Below are positions 49,250 through 62,629 of a DNA stretch of 64,000 nt, piece by piece. The position numbers and the translations under genes are program-made. A model generated the notes under the pieces. The model ran no database searches, was not told the origin of the DNA, and saw only the letters and a list, made by a program, of their open reading frames with translations. The DNA lies in contig CM052817.1 of assembly GCA_028534125.1 (NCBI GenBank), forward strand, positions 50,284,001 through 50,348,000. Reading direction: 5' to 3'. Origin of the DNA: Lama glama (Eukaryota). Within the stretch, counting starts at the first letter, position 1. Every line of letters starts with the position of its first letter.

Positions 49250-49487
49250 GTAATAACACCTAACTGTTATTGAGTACTTCTTTTGTGGCAAGCACAGGGC
49301 TAAGACCTTTGCATTTTGATACTTAAACCTTATCACAACCGTATGAAGTGAATACTAGGATTCTGCAGAGAAGGAAAGTGAGAATTAAAGAGATTAAGCC
49401 ACTTGCCCAAGGTCAAACATTAAGCAAGGCTTGGAATCGGAAATTAAGTCCAGTTATATGACTAAGCTTACCACTTTATTACCACCT
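49250..49487 (-). mobile_element. MIR SINE
   Basis: ttattgagtacttc...tcacaaccgtatgaagt...gaaggaaagtgag...agagattaagccacttgcccaaggtca. Confidence 0.8.
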
Positions 49488-50739
49488 AGTAGCAATTATG
49501 ATGGTAACAATAATAGTAAGCCAGGCACAATTCCAAGCTCTTTAAAAAAAATTAACTCATTTAATTCTCATAAATACCCTTTCAGAAGATGCAAGTGATA
49601 TAGAATCTCAGTTTTAATATTATATACATGTAACCATGTATGTATATCTCTTTATCTGTGTATATCTCTTTATTAATTAAGCATCTTTCTATTCTTGGTC
49701 TGTGATTGTAAGTGAGGTTACATTAGGTTGTCTAATTTATTAGATGTAACAATATTTTCAATGGAAAATGGTAATAATGCTAATCTGCAAATTTGGGAAA
49801 ACCTGATAAACAACTTTTGTTAGCTTTGTCCCTAAAGTTAGAGTAAATAAGCTTTGAGTAAATATATAAGATCCTCACTCTCAAACACAAGGTATAAATG
49901 ATACCATGTGGACTTTATCAAGTATTTTGACATCTCAGAAGCCTCTTTTTACTCATTCTGGGTTCCTGGCTGTACTGGGGATATTTGAAATACTAGGTTA
50001 AATGACCTATAGATAAGTTAATTATTAATATCAGTTATTTTCACATCATATTCCTGGTTTTATTTCTGTGATTTTTCCCAGGATTCAAGTGTGGAACCTA
50101 AATATATGTGTTCATTTGCCTCTCTTTTCGATTATCATGTATAGTAGAAAGTCATTGACTTTATTTGTTCTCTTCCCAGGCCCATCTAACAAATTGAGTA
50201 ATGTCTTCTATTTTGCCTGGCATTGTGTGAGATATTCTGTGAATGGTTTTTCTTTTATATGTGTCTTTTCTCCCCTGAAATCAAATTAAAAGAAGTTACA
50301 AGTTGAAACAATCAATCTGGAACTGTTACTTATCTTTTAGCATAAAATATTTGACTGCCATTTTCTAATTAAAGCATGTCTTCCTCTGATGCCTTCATCT
50401 CATTGGCTCTTGTGAGCTTCTTTTATAATATCTTAATAAAAACTGAGCTTGAATAATTAAATTTTAAGATTTAGCTATGAAGCCAAGTGAAGTATTCATT
50501 CTACCCTCAAGCAGACCTGCTGTCTTTAAAAGGAGCATTATGTTTTCCAATCCACAATAGTAAAATGCACGTTAGTGGCTTCTTTTACCCATGCCGACAA
50601 AAGGATTCACCACAACTTAGTGGGTATTAAGACAGAGGATGTTTCAGTCCCAGATCTTAATGAGTCAATGATATGATCTTCATTAAACTCAAATTAAAAT
50701 GCCTTTCACATGGTCCAAAAATGTGTCATCATTATATGG

Positions 50740-50921
50740 CTGTGTTTCTCAGAGTGGCCTGTCACCACCTGTGCCAGGATCACATTGAGGTGCTTGTTGC
50801 AAACCCAGGTCCTCAGGCTCTTCTTCATCCTACTGCGATCTTGGAGATTTGGGCTTGTAGTCTGCACCTTTAATAAACTTCTCAGGAGTTTCTTATACAT
50901 ATTGATACTTGAGAAACACTC
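50740..50921. mobile_element. MER5B-like hAT-Charlie MITE
   Basis: TIRs gtgtttctca...tgagaaacac; internal accacctgtgccaggatcac...gtgcttgtt...tctgcacctttaataaac. Confidence 0.7.
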
Positions 50922-51215
50922 TTATGGGGAACAAAATAGATAAAGATAAAACTTATTTTGTCAATAGAGGTTTAGCAACTACTATGCTACTTGCATTGTT
51001 TCTCAGAGTTTTTAGTTTAAAAATGTAAACCTTAGATGCTCCATTAAAAAATAATTTTACTCTTTGTTGTTTAGAGTTAAAAAGGAGCCTGAAGTCTGAG
51101 TATTCAGTATCTTGATTAGGTTAATCTAGAAAATTCATCAAACCAGTCACATAGGGCAGGGGGTGCTGGTCATCTTGCAAAACAGTGAAAAAAGGCTACT
51201 TGGACATGTTCTAAC

Positions 51216-51381
51216 ATGTTGCATCTCAAAGTGTGGACCATGGATCAGTACATCTGTATTACTTGGGAGCTTATTAAAAATGCATATTCTCAGGTCCCAC
51301 CCTCAATTTACTGAATTGGAATCTGCATTATAACAAGATGCCCAAGTGATTCCTGTACACACTAAGTTCCAGAAGCATCGC
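51216..51381. mobile_element. MER5A1-like hAT-Charlie MITE
   Basis: ctcaaagtgtggacc...tgggagcttattaaaaatgca...tactgaattggaatctgcatt...aacaagatgcccaagtgattc. Confidence 0.85.
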
Positions 51382-52821
51382 TCTGAGACATTACTGGTTG
51401 CTAGAAAGTGTAACTTATATATAGGCTCAGAACTGTTTATACAGGAGGATTTCTCTTGTGGTTAAAAAATTAGAAAGCACAAATACCAAAAATGGATGGT
51501 CCTTGCATTAACTAAGGGGCAAATAATGAACCCTTAACTATTTAGAGAGTCAGTGTTTAAGGACTGAAACATTCACTGTCTAAATTAGAAAAATATCTGA
51601 GCAGAATTGATAGTGGTTCCGTAGAATTGAGGGGATGGTCACTTGAACAATTATTTAAAACTTTTTCTTAAAAAAGACGTATGTTCTCTACTATGGACTA
51701 TATAAAAACTAATGCATACTAATTATGGACCAATCACAGATGATAGGATGTCTGTGTGGTCAAAAACTTGGTAAAGGGGGTAGAGTAAATGCATAATAGA
51801 ATCATGGTATTTATGTTGATAAAGGAGAGCTAAAATATTTTTATAACTTATCTTTTGTCTGGTATAATAAAGAGAGGAATTTTGAAGACAGATAGTAAAT
51901 CAAAATAGTTTTGAAATATAATCTGTAATGAGAATGAATAATGTAGTCTAGGGTATTCGTATCACCAATGACAAATATCTCTGTTAACATTCAGATCTGA
52001 GAACAAATGAAGTGTTAGATACCCTCAAGGGAAGTAGGAAAACTCCTTGGAATTATTCACATATGAACTGAAAAATCAGTTGCGTTGGATACCCAGGGAT
52101 GAACTAAATGTATCCTGATATGGAAATTTTATTCCATTTCCAAACTACTTAGGTTGTGTAAAGTGGGCAATGAAATTATTGGTGACCACGCAACCAGATT
52201 ACCTGGATTAAGCTTTGATTAATTTTCCCTCTCTTGTGCCAGAAATGCCTGAGGAGTGAAATATGTGCTTTTAAAATCAGGCCTATAATCACTAAGCCCA
52301 AACAATTTCATGGTCATCTGTCCTCAACCTAATTCTGTAACTTAGCAAGAGGGGTTGGGGTATTGGCTACTGTGGAAAATTCACTGATAACTATTTAAGG
52401 ATATTTAAAATTTGGTTTCATTTACAGGAAATTTTGCTTTTTGTAAATCCTTCTTCTTAAGGGTAGTCCATTTTCAGCAAGAGCTATTAAAATGACAAAT
52501 GTTTTAAAACAATGAAAAGTAAACGCCTAGACAAGTCATTAATAGGTAAAGCAAAATGTAGATTAAAAACAAAAGCAAAACATATTAGAACTATTAGCCT
52601 TTGTCACTTTTTCTTGGGAATGACTGACCTTAGAAGAAGTGATACAATGACACTGCAAAGTACAGTATTCATCAAATAGTGGCAGACTGGTGTCCTATAA
52701 ACACTGGTTCAATGTCTGCTTACTCATGTAGATAGACATTTAGAACTACAACATAGATATTTGACATTATAGATGCCTGTTCATGTTTTATGATTTGGTC
52801 ATAGCAGGAGGAAATAATTTT

Positions 52822-52998
52822 TTTCCTCTTTCTTTTTTTTTTATTGAGTTATAGTCAGTTTACAATGTTGTGTCAATTTCTGGTGTACGCACAAGTTTCC
52901 AGTCATACATGAATATACATATATTCATTTTCATATTCTTTTTCACCATTAGCTACTATAAGATCTTGTATATATTTCCCTGTGCTATACAGTATAAA
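52822..52998 (-). mobile_element. L1 3'-end stub, young (camelid-like) subfamily
   Basis: T-tail plus attgagttatagtcagtttacaatgttgtgtc...aagatcttgtatatatttccctgtgctatacag; imperfect ~17-bp TSD caggaggaaataatttt/caggagaggataatttt with TT/AAAA at the minus-strand 5' side. Confidence 0.92.
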
Positions 52999-54099
52999 CA
53001 GGAGAGGATAATTTTAAAGAGAAAAAAGAGGTAGTCTCTCCTCTCCCCTGCTCATTTCATGCCTTCTTGAGTGAACAAAATCCACCTTCCAGAAAATATA
53101 TTTAATAATATATAAGTGACACACTCTCAGAGTGGCGAACTGGAAGGACTAAGGAGAGGATCAGTCATTCCTGGGAAATCTTTAGACCAGGAAAATTACT
53201 TCCCACACTCTCCAATATGAAGAGACATCACCTTTCCTTTTGTCATAAAATGTCCTCTCTCTTTTTCCTGCCTTCTACTTCCCCCCTGTCCAATAGGAAG
53301 AAAGAAAAAAAAAAACACCACAAAATCCTCTGAACTGTTTTTAGGAAAATAAATAGTCTCTTCTGGGACATAAGATGAATAAGAGTTGGCATTTTTTTGT
53401 TGTCACTTTGGGTAAGAGGTCAAAGGTTGTTATCTAACAGTTGCATCCAAATGGAATCAATCTCTCCTTCATAGATCCTGTCAGATGCACCTGAGCCTCC
53501 TGGGGGTTTGTGCAGAGCAGTTCATGGTCAAAGGCAGCAATGGATATCGGCACTCCAGGGGAGGCTATATTTTTCTGTCGATAGACAGAAGATTGCAATG
53601 TCCTAGACAGGTAATCAGTTATCAAGCACCACAATCAGTTCACCTTTAAACATGAAACAGGTGGGGCAGGAGACAACTAAAATTTATCATGTTTACTAGG
53701 TTTGCCAAAAACAACCAAAGAACTGCTTTATCCTTTTAATCAGTTCTAATCTGTGCTTCTTGTTATCAGTTTTATGAAGAAACTGACTGATGTTTTTCTT
53801 TTTTTTCTTCCTGGAAAATGCTTGGTAGATTCTCAAAGGGTCAAAAGTCTACATTTATTTAAGTTATAAGTATATTTAAAAAAAAAACAAACCATTTTCC
53901 CCTTACCTTTAGTTAACTGAATGTTAATACATTCATGAGTCAGCTCCGATGACACCATTTCCTTTCCAGTTTGGTGAGTGGTGAAAGAAAGAAAATGGAA
54001 AAGCCTAAAACAAAGTTTCCTCTTAGATTAAATCGTGTGTGATTTGTAAAGACTTTTTTCTAACCCACCATTAAAGGTAAAGCATAGCTTTTCTTTTTG

Positions 54100-54315
54100 T
54101 TCCCTGATTAGAGGGCTTCACTGGATTTGTGGCAAATAAATTGACAAGTGAGGGCACTGATGACAAGAGAGCAATAATTGATGGTGGCAGGTGGGGGCTT
54201 CGTGTACTGGCATGTCCTGTGGAGGGTGAGCCAAGGACATCTATCAATCAAATTGGTGACAGCAGTCAGGGAGACTTAATTGGAGATTCATTGAACCTTT
54301 AATGGTGTGACAGAG
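54100..54315. promoter_or_regulatory. Candidate developmental enhancer (PBX-HOX/MEIS/homeodomain motif cluster)
   Basis: TGATTGAT (minus, 54243-54250), TGACAG at 54257 and 54308, TGACAA at 54142 and 54161, TAATTG at 54175 and 54277, in repeat-free sequence. Confidence 0.4.
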
Positions 54316-56189
54316 AAAAATAAGAATGCTTAAAAGGCTCCTGGGCTATTTCTTTTCCTGCTTTCCAATAATTCTCACAGAAAGGGTAGAAAGTGGACAT
54401 TGCTTCAGGGTTGAACATTCATTGTTTCCATCAAAGTTAATCACATTATTTTGTGGGGCAGAGTAGTGAAGGTATCTGCCATCAGTCCAATGTGGAATTA
54501 AAGCTATACCTGGAGATTTAGAGATTTGACTGTCCCATAACTTTAGCATGACCAAAAATGCTTAGCAAGTGTTAGGGTACCATATGGTATATACACTGAG
54601 TTAAAACTAGGGTGCAGATACTTGTCTGCCAGAGTGTGGGTTATGAACACAATGAGGAAAGACATCCTTTTTCTAAGTTAATAAAAATTTTTCTCATTCT
54701 TCTAGAGAGTTTTCTGTACTATACAAATATTTTTTTTTGGTAGAAGGTTCAAAATAATTTAATCTCTCATTTGAGAAAGCGAAGAGCCCTACAAAGGTAT
54801 TTTCCCTTTAGGAACATGGATTTTTTTTACTGTTAGCAGTGCAGGAAAGAAACTTCAGTTTCAAGGCACTGTGCATAGATATAATGTGTGAAAAGATAAG
54901 ACAGTTTCTGCCACCTGAGATCTTATATTTTCATATTTAGGAATTTATACATTTATCTGTTCATTCTTAATTACAGCTTTGAACATCTGCTATGCACAGT
55001 GCTTTGTCTGACGTCTGTTGGGCCTGGCAATTTCTTCCATGGATTCTGTAGTCTAGTGAGGGAAGACAGACATGCCCATTACAGTGTTACACTCTGTAAT
55101 GGAGGCGATATGGATGCTGCCCGGGAGGGAGATACTATAGACATAAGTCCACTTATGTGGAATTTTTCTTGTCTCTTGAAAATTCACTGTATTCATCAGA
55201 ATACTTGCTGCAAACAGGGAAGGAAGGAAATGTCCTGGACTTGTTAAGGCAGAGATTTTACACTTAATGGTATCTAGGTTTCTCAAAATATGAGTCATCT
55301 TATGTATAGTAGAGAGCAATTGTTACACCTCTTCCTTACACTTTTAAATTCACCATCTTGCCATAAATGTGTGTTTTCCAAAAGTCACGACCCATTTAAT
55401 ACTTCATGGAGAAATAGAAACTAATTGTTTAAAGTTCTCAGAAGGTCAATGTCTTGTTCTACCCAGGGACAACTTGCTTTTTTTTCCCTTGCAGAGATCC
55501 CAGTTCAACATTTATTCTCCACATTAAATACTTCAAGAATTATGACTTCTTGACAGTGGCTCAGTGTCTGAACTGTACATGCGTTGCACACCACTCAATC
55601 GTCGCCCTCCAGATTAGTCTTCTTGGAGTTGTGCCTGTTTTCCTACATATTCATAGATGCCTTTAAAAGACAACTTACTGAGACAAAAAAATACATAAGT
55701 CAGGAAACTGTACCATGGCAAAGAATGTCCCTCATCATTATTGAGAACACCTACCACTAGCCAAGTATATACTGCACTTTCCAGGGGGAAAGATAGTTAA
55801 AAATAATTTGACGTAGTTTGCATTTTAGAAGAAAAACACGTTAATTATATAATTTGGAGGATATATTTTGAAAAGGAAGTATCTGGGTTAAAATTTTGTG
55901 TTATGTTTTATTGGGCTATTTTCTCCAAAATTTTCATGTTAGAAGAATTCTCTCATCCATATCCCTTTTTCAAGTGGATCAAATATAATTAATTTTTTTA
56001 GATCCTAGAACAATTTTGTTCCTAGGTTGGAAAATAATCTAAGGAATATAAGTTGTACCTAAGTTATTAACATGGACATTGAACCATCTCCAAGTCTTTT
56101 TAGAAATGGAAACACACACTGCCAAGGTTAGAATGATTCTTTACAAGTATTTTGGCTGTATCATCAAAGTGGCATTTGAATCTCCTTTA

Positions 56190-57000
56190 CAACTTTCCCA
56201 CCAAGTGGTTGTTCATTCCAAGTAATACACCTGCAGAAAAGACAGACTCGACCTCCTAAGGCAGCCTCATTCCATCTTTCAGAGACTCTGTTAAATACTT
56301 TTCTTATGTTGGTAGAAATCAGTCTCCTTGTAGCATCCAGTTTCTGGACTGGACTTACCCTCTCTCTTTGGATATTTAGATTAAGGAGAACAATTGCCTA
56401 TGAGAGTTCTCCAACTATGTGAAGATGGTTATCCTATTTCATCTAAGTCTGTCACTTAAAAAAATTAAGATTCTCATTTCCCTTAGCCATTCTCCCATGT
56501 TGTGGTTTTAGGTCCTGTTATCATCAAAACTGCCTTGCTCTGTGCTGACCTGATTATGGTCCATTGTCTCTATATTTGTCGAACACATTGACAAAAGTTG
56601 AACACAATTCCAGAAAAGATCTGACCAGATGTGAGCAGAGCAGGGTAATCTTTTCTTCCCTGCAAGCTGCATCTCTTTTAAATTTCTTCTTGCTATGTTC
56701 AGTTGCAAAAGATAGCATGTGTATTTTGTCATGTTCATTGTGCCATCTCATATATTCCCTCTTACTACCAGCTTTGTGTCATCAACAAATTTGACAGCAA
56801 CAGCAGAGTTGCATGTATTCCCATAAGGATATTAACAATGAATTTTCTTCATTTTAATGATTATAAAGTTGATTTGCTGGAAATGGTCCTTTACAGAGAA
56901 ACTTCTCAGTCATTGCTGATTATGCTTAGCAAGTGAAGGATTGAGAACATTAACACTGCATCTCAGCTCCCTCTGGTGTACACAACCATCTCAGATATCC
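56190..57000 (-). mobile_element. L3/CR1 LINE remnant
   Basis: cctcctaaggcagcctcattcc...gaacacaattccag...tctgaccag matches recalled antisense L3; 56772-56792 reads KFVDDTK on minus, matching the CR1 RT motif KFADDTK. Confidence 0.8.
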
Positions 57001-57592
57001 TTCAATAGTCTGAATTGCTGAGTAGAGTAATATGTATTATTGATAGAATGTAAAGGGACTTGGCTTACTGTAATCCTCCTTTTAAATATGGTACTTGGAT
57101 AGCCACGGACTATAATACTCCTTTTGGGATTTTAACTATTTATGGAACTCCGAGGCTCTCTTTCTCTTCATTGTGACAATCCATGATGACTTAGGAAACT
57201 TGTACTATGAATACTGAAGATATTTAGGAAATAAATTGCACAGACCCAGTGTAAAAACTATGATGATTGATTGTCTAAACTGGAACTGTTAAAAAAAAAA
57301 AAAACACTGGCTAACACAATCTTTACTATATATAATAAGCAGTAATGAAACATCTTGGATTTTATTTTTCTAATTCTACTAGAATTATAAATCTTAACCT
57401 AATGCTTGCCTATGATTCAGCAAAGATTAAACAAAATAAAAAAATCTTAGCTATCATGACAATTTTTATTATAAATATTTATTGAGGGCCTATTTTATTA
57501 TAAACACTATGCAAAGTAGTTTACATAGGTTAATATTAATACACTTTGTGATAAACCTCTAAGCTAATTCTTTGGATGTCTAGTCTATATTT

Positions 57593-57941
57593 CAGGGGTC
57601 AGCAAACTGTGGCTTGATGTGGTCAGATCTCATATATTTGGCTAGTATGCCAAAAATAACCTTTGTGTGAACAAATTTTGCATCCAGCGAGTTTAGAGTG
57701 GTTTTTACATTTTTAAATGGCTGGGAAAAAAGAACAGTAATGTTTCATGACTTGTTAAAATTATATGAAATTAAAATTTACATAAATAAAATATTTTTGG
57801 AACATAGCTACACTTATTTGTTGTCTATGGCTACTTTCATGCTGCAATGGAAGAACTGAGTAGTTGCAATAGAGACCATTTAATATATAAGGTCCAAATA
57901 TTTACTATCTAGCTCTACAGAAAATAGTCTGCCAACCCCTC
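57593..57941 (+). mobile_element. MER58B hAT-Charlie MITE
   Basis: TIRs caggggtcagcaaact...agtctgccaacccct; internal ggtttttacatttttaaatgg, aaattatatgaaatt, gagtagttgcaatagagacc. Confidence 0.9.
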
Positions 57942-58844
57942 CTATAGCTCATGAAAGAGGCTTTATTCAAGAAACCTTACATTCATTAAAATAATTTGTC
58001 TGATGACTGATTTCTTTTATATTCTAAGTAATTCTATAATGGAATATCAATTGAATATTAATATATGTAGAGAGTTGGAAATAGGAAAACAAACTACTTT
58101 TTAAACAAATTTTAAATCTGAGAATTTACAAGTATTTGTGTGTGTGTACGCACAATTAGAAATAAGTATATATTGATAGAAAGAGAAGCATCTGGAATTT
58201 GTAAGAAATAAAATGGAGATAGAATGGACAGATGTGAACTCTTTAGTCTATAACTACTCACTAAGATTTCATGGTTATTTATTGTCTGCAGCAGGAATGC
58301 TTCTTGTTCTTCTCTGGATCTGTGCTTTCCCATTTGGGAACCTCAGTGATTCAACCTCTGTAATACGGCATTGAAAATGTCTTTTGAGAGGGAACATATA
58401 GGGATTCTTAGGAATGACTGGCTCCTGTGTTAGTGAAGTAGTGATTTGAATTAAATGTGATAATCCATGTGAAGTTCCTGTCAGAAAACCTGGAAGAAAG
58501 TCGGTAAAATACAGCCAACACTATAGCTTCAGAAAATATTAGTTGGAATATCTATAATCATCAGAGTAATCTCAGAAATCTAGACATTTTGAGTCAGTCT
58601 TTCAGGTCTTCAGCATGTCTTACTGCATGTTGAGCCAGATGAGGAGGATTCAAGATGATTAAAGCAAGGAGAAATTATTTTTATTGGAAAACACTGATTA
58701 AATATAATTTTCCCTTATAAAAGCTACCAACAATTAAAAGGTAGACATAAACATACAACATACTCCTTCCTTCTACACTTACTCTCTGGAGCCAGGAAGG
58801 ATTATGAAAGAGAAAATTCTTCTTTAGAATTCTTCATATAGAAA

Positions 58845-58998
58845 CCAGGAGTTGGAAGGAAGCTTCTTTATCAATGGGCATGATTCCCTCACCTTAGGGA
58901 TGAAGAAACTGACCCAGATAAATTAAGATAATCTACCAAAGCAGAGTCAGAGGTAGCATTCACTGGGCTCTGGATTCTTCTATTATGCCACCATGCCA
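58845..58998 (-). mobile_element. MIR (MIRc/MIR3-like) remnant
   Basis: gagttggaagga...ccctcacctt...gatgaagaaactgacccaga. Confidence 0.6.
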
Positions 58999-59253
58999 TT
59001 CTCTTCCAAATTCAAAGTTTGGAAAATTTACTTCTTATGAAGAGTGAACCTCATTTATCCTTTTTCTTTCAAGTTTCCCTCCAACGGTATTTCTTAATTG
59101 CCATAGGTAAGCCATTTTAGAACCTCTAAGCCTTAGCTAGCTTGCATTGCAGATTTGTTCACACCATGATGTCTGTTTCAGAGCTTTTCCTGCCATATAG
59201 AGTCCTTGATAAGCCTAACTCTGGAGCAGTAATACAGAAGGATTTATTTGTAT

Positions 59254-59555
59254 TGGGGAATGCAAACTCAAATGCCAAGAGGTACCAGACAAGTAATGGC
59301 TGTTTATAAATTAGTGAAGGAGTGGGAAATGAAAGACAAGAGGGAGTTGTGGGGAATGTTTTCTAGTTGACTAGAAAAGAAATGGCTAACCAAAGGGGCA
59401 GCTGTTACTTAGCGGATCTGATTGTTACCATGCAGGTATGCCATTCCGAATTTAAGTCCTCTGATAATTCAAAGAAATTATGTATATGGAAATTCCCTGA
59501 TTTCCTTATTACTGTGTAGGTCAGGCAAAACAAATCTGTGGCCTAGTTTGGACTT
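59254..59555 (+). mobile_element. MER102-like hAT-Charlie element
   Basis: gcaaactcaaatgcc...aagacaagagggagttgtgggga...aaaggggcagctgttactt...attgttaccatg...aaaacaaatctgtggcc. Confidence 0.75.
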
Positions 59556-61239
59556 TCAGGAAGGATCTTAGTGATGAAAATCTGACATTGCCAGAAAAAA
59601 AATCAGAGTTTTACATCCATTTCGGGTTGTAGGGTTTACAGTTTAATATTTTATGATTTTTCTTCTTTTTTGTGATTCTGGGAACAAGAGCATGCTATAA
59701 TTAGCCTGTAGATTCAGTGTGGCTTTTGTGGCAGAAACATTAGATTGCATCAAACAGCTCTGCTTTTGTTTTCTGCTTGAAAAAACTGACACTTGTTATG
59801 GTTACGCTCACTGTGTGAGCCATCCCCTGTTGACTTCTGGACAATCACTATAAATCTCTGTTATTCTGCTGTTATTGTCTTGTTATACTAGCGCTGTTGA
59901 GGCATATTCTCAAGGGAAGTGAGCCCAGGTGTGTACATACAGAACAAGAATGCTCTCCTTTAAACACATAAATAGCTATTTTATTTGGCATGACACACAT
60001 AAATGTTAGTGTAGCCAAAGGAATCTTGAACAGTTATTTGCATTGCAAATATTTTGAGAAATGGAGCACGAGTATCAGAGCTAAATCTGCTAGCCATTTG
60101 AGTTTCGTTAGATCAGAGAGTAATCCATCTTTTATTTTTTCCCTTATAACTAAGAGTTGAAAGAGTTGAAATGCAGGCCCTTAAATTTGGGCTCCAAGGC
60201 ATAAGAATTTCTCATAAAAAAGAATATATTCTTGTTCCCTCACGAAATTCAGCTATATAGACCTCCTTTTATGGGCACTCTTTCTTTATGGCCTTGTTCA
60301 GATCAAATGTGCAGAGTTAAGCTCTTTCTGTGCTATACATTTCATTGTTTTGGTATCAAACTGTTGGAAGACTGGAACAGTGCTTTCTCAGATATCTGGA
60401 CATGATGGCTTGAAGGTCCTGAAAGCATTATGCCAACTCTGTCAGTTGAATGTGTAAATAGGGCTACCCTGATTTCTGGTACTTGCCAATTAATGCAATG
60501 GCTAAAAAATTATATAAAACATAGAATGCAGATAGGAGGTTGCATTTTGGGAACATGAATGGAATTTGGGAAATGTTTAATAAAAGCTGGAAACTCAGTG
60601 TCATAAGTTAAATCTGAGAGTAGAATAAGAAAGCAAAAATTTTTGAGTAATTCTCTATTTATTTATTTTTAAGCTAATCAGATTTTGGTTAATGGAATCC
60701 TTGTTGAATTTCTGGCTTTTTTTCTGTCTGAATTTTATTATTTTCTGAATTTACTAAAACAAAAAAGGACGTGACATTGCCCATATGCTTAAAACTTTTG
60801 GGGAGAAGTTATAATAAACTGGAATTCCTCCCTCTACCACTATAATACAATCTCCAAACTCTTTTACATAAATATGAGTCAAAACTATCTGAGCATGCAG
60901 ATAGTTCTTTTTATTTTATGAAAAAGAGAATTATCCTGTTTAAATTATTCTGCTCTTATTTAACAATGTAAAATGGAGAGTGTTCTCAGTTAACATGTGG
61001 AGATATGCCTCGCTAATGATGGTATTTTATTTTTTAACATAACTGTGGCAGAGTAAGGAACTCTGACCCAGGCTGCTTGGTGATATGAACTGATGTGCAT
61101 CCTCTCCAAACCCTGAATCAAAAGAAATGATAAAAATCAGTAATTCTCTGAACCAAAAGACTCTTGGTTTTGTTAGAGATGCCAGGACGATGGAAATTTG
61201 GGCCCTCTGACCCTTTACCATGGGGAGCAAAGAGGATCC

Positions 61240-61545
61240 ACTGGGAACTTTCTGCACTCACATAGGTTTAAGGAGGGAGGGTAAAAGTGTACAGAAACAG
61301 AAATGTTAGGAAGCATATTGGTAGGATAATTTTAGTTGTGGGTGTTATAAAAAATGTAAATAGGGTGGTGTTATGGAGGGTGGAGGGTCTTTTTCTTTTT
61401 CTTATTTTTTTTTTTTTGATTGCTTGTAAAGGGAAGGACCAGTAGAGAAAGAGACACTTACATTGAATTCTGATCAATAAGAAGAAGCCAGTCATGGGCA
61501 TTTCAGATCATTCCATGCAAAGAGTAAAGCAAGTGTACATCCTGA
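61240..61545 (-). mobile_element. L2 remnant
   Basis: gggaaggacc...gacacttacattgaattctga...aagaagccagtcatgggc...cattccatgcaaagag. Confidence 0.55.
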
Positions 61546-61679
61546 TATTAAGCAAAGATCCTAGATACATTATTAGCAAATAATATCCCACAATGTATTA
61601 ATGTATTATTAAGATCATAGCATGTAATGCTATGCAGTGATTTAATTAGGAGATTTTTGAATGTCATTCATTACAGTAG

Positions 61680-62610
61680 TAATTTCTTGAAAGCATCCAG
61701 AGGAAAACTAACTTCATTATATATAAAAGAATGACAAAATATAACTTCATTATATATAAGAGAATGACAGCTTAGATGAGATCTGACTTCAATAACAGCA
61801 ATGGAAGTCAGATGATAGTGGAATGGTATATAACCCAAATAGGAAGGGATACATCTGTTAATCTAGGGTTCTACACTGAACAAAATCTTATTTTTCCAAA
61901 CTAAGTGAAATATTTTTTCAAGCAAAGAAAAACTGAGATTTTTCTACGATAGATTTTAACTAGAGGAATGTCTAAAAAGTCTCTAAAAAGAGGGAAAATG
62001 ATCAATGTGGAAAGATCTGAAATTCAAGAACATTTGGTAGACAAAACAATGGCAAACCTGTGGGAAGATCTAAATAGTAACACTACTGTCTAATTTGTGA
62101 TGGTAAAAATCTCAAGGCAGAAATAAAATATTATCCAATAGTTTTTTACAAACAAGGAAGGAGTATAGTTATTGGAATCAAGCATTGTATTATTCAGAAG
62201 GATAATAAAAATACTATATATTTAGAACTGGTGAGATTAAATAAGCATGCTAAAATTTCTGGGGAAACAACCAAAAGGATAGAATTGTTAAAATATACTT
62301 AAAATGAGTAGAGGAAAAAAATCAAATGGAGGTAAAACCAAATTAATACAAAAGAAAAGGGAGCGAATGAATGAAACGGAGAAAAGAAGAATGAAAAATA
62401 AAGAAGGAAAGAACGTAAGGAAGGAAGAAAAGAAAATAGACAAAGTGGAGAAAAGAACAAATACAGATTACAAAATAAGATGGTAGCAGTAAATCCAAAT
62501 TTGTAATCAAGATGAATGGAATAAACTTTTCATCTAAAGACTGATGATCAGGTTAAATTTAAACACTAAAATAGAGTTACATCCTGTTTATTAGATATGC
62601 ATCTAAAAAA
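61680..62610 (+). mobile_element. Old L1ME-type ORF1/inter-ORF/ORF2-start fragment
   Basis: gaaagcatccagagg...ctgacttcaataacagcaatggaagtcaga...agtggaat (ORF1 C-terminal region); A-rich linker; aagatggtagcagtaaatccaaat. Confidence 0.65.
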
Positions 62611-62629
62611 CAACACTTAAAAACTGTCT

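Noticed and set aside
55475..55666. Strong acceptor-like ttttttttcccttgcag followed by an open frame
   Set aside because: No good donor nearby and the peptide is unrecognised; probably a pseudo-acceptor.
62304..62486. Lys/Glu/Arg-rich 60-aa ORF
   Set aside because: Translation of a purine-rich low-complexity linker within an old L1.
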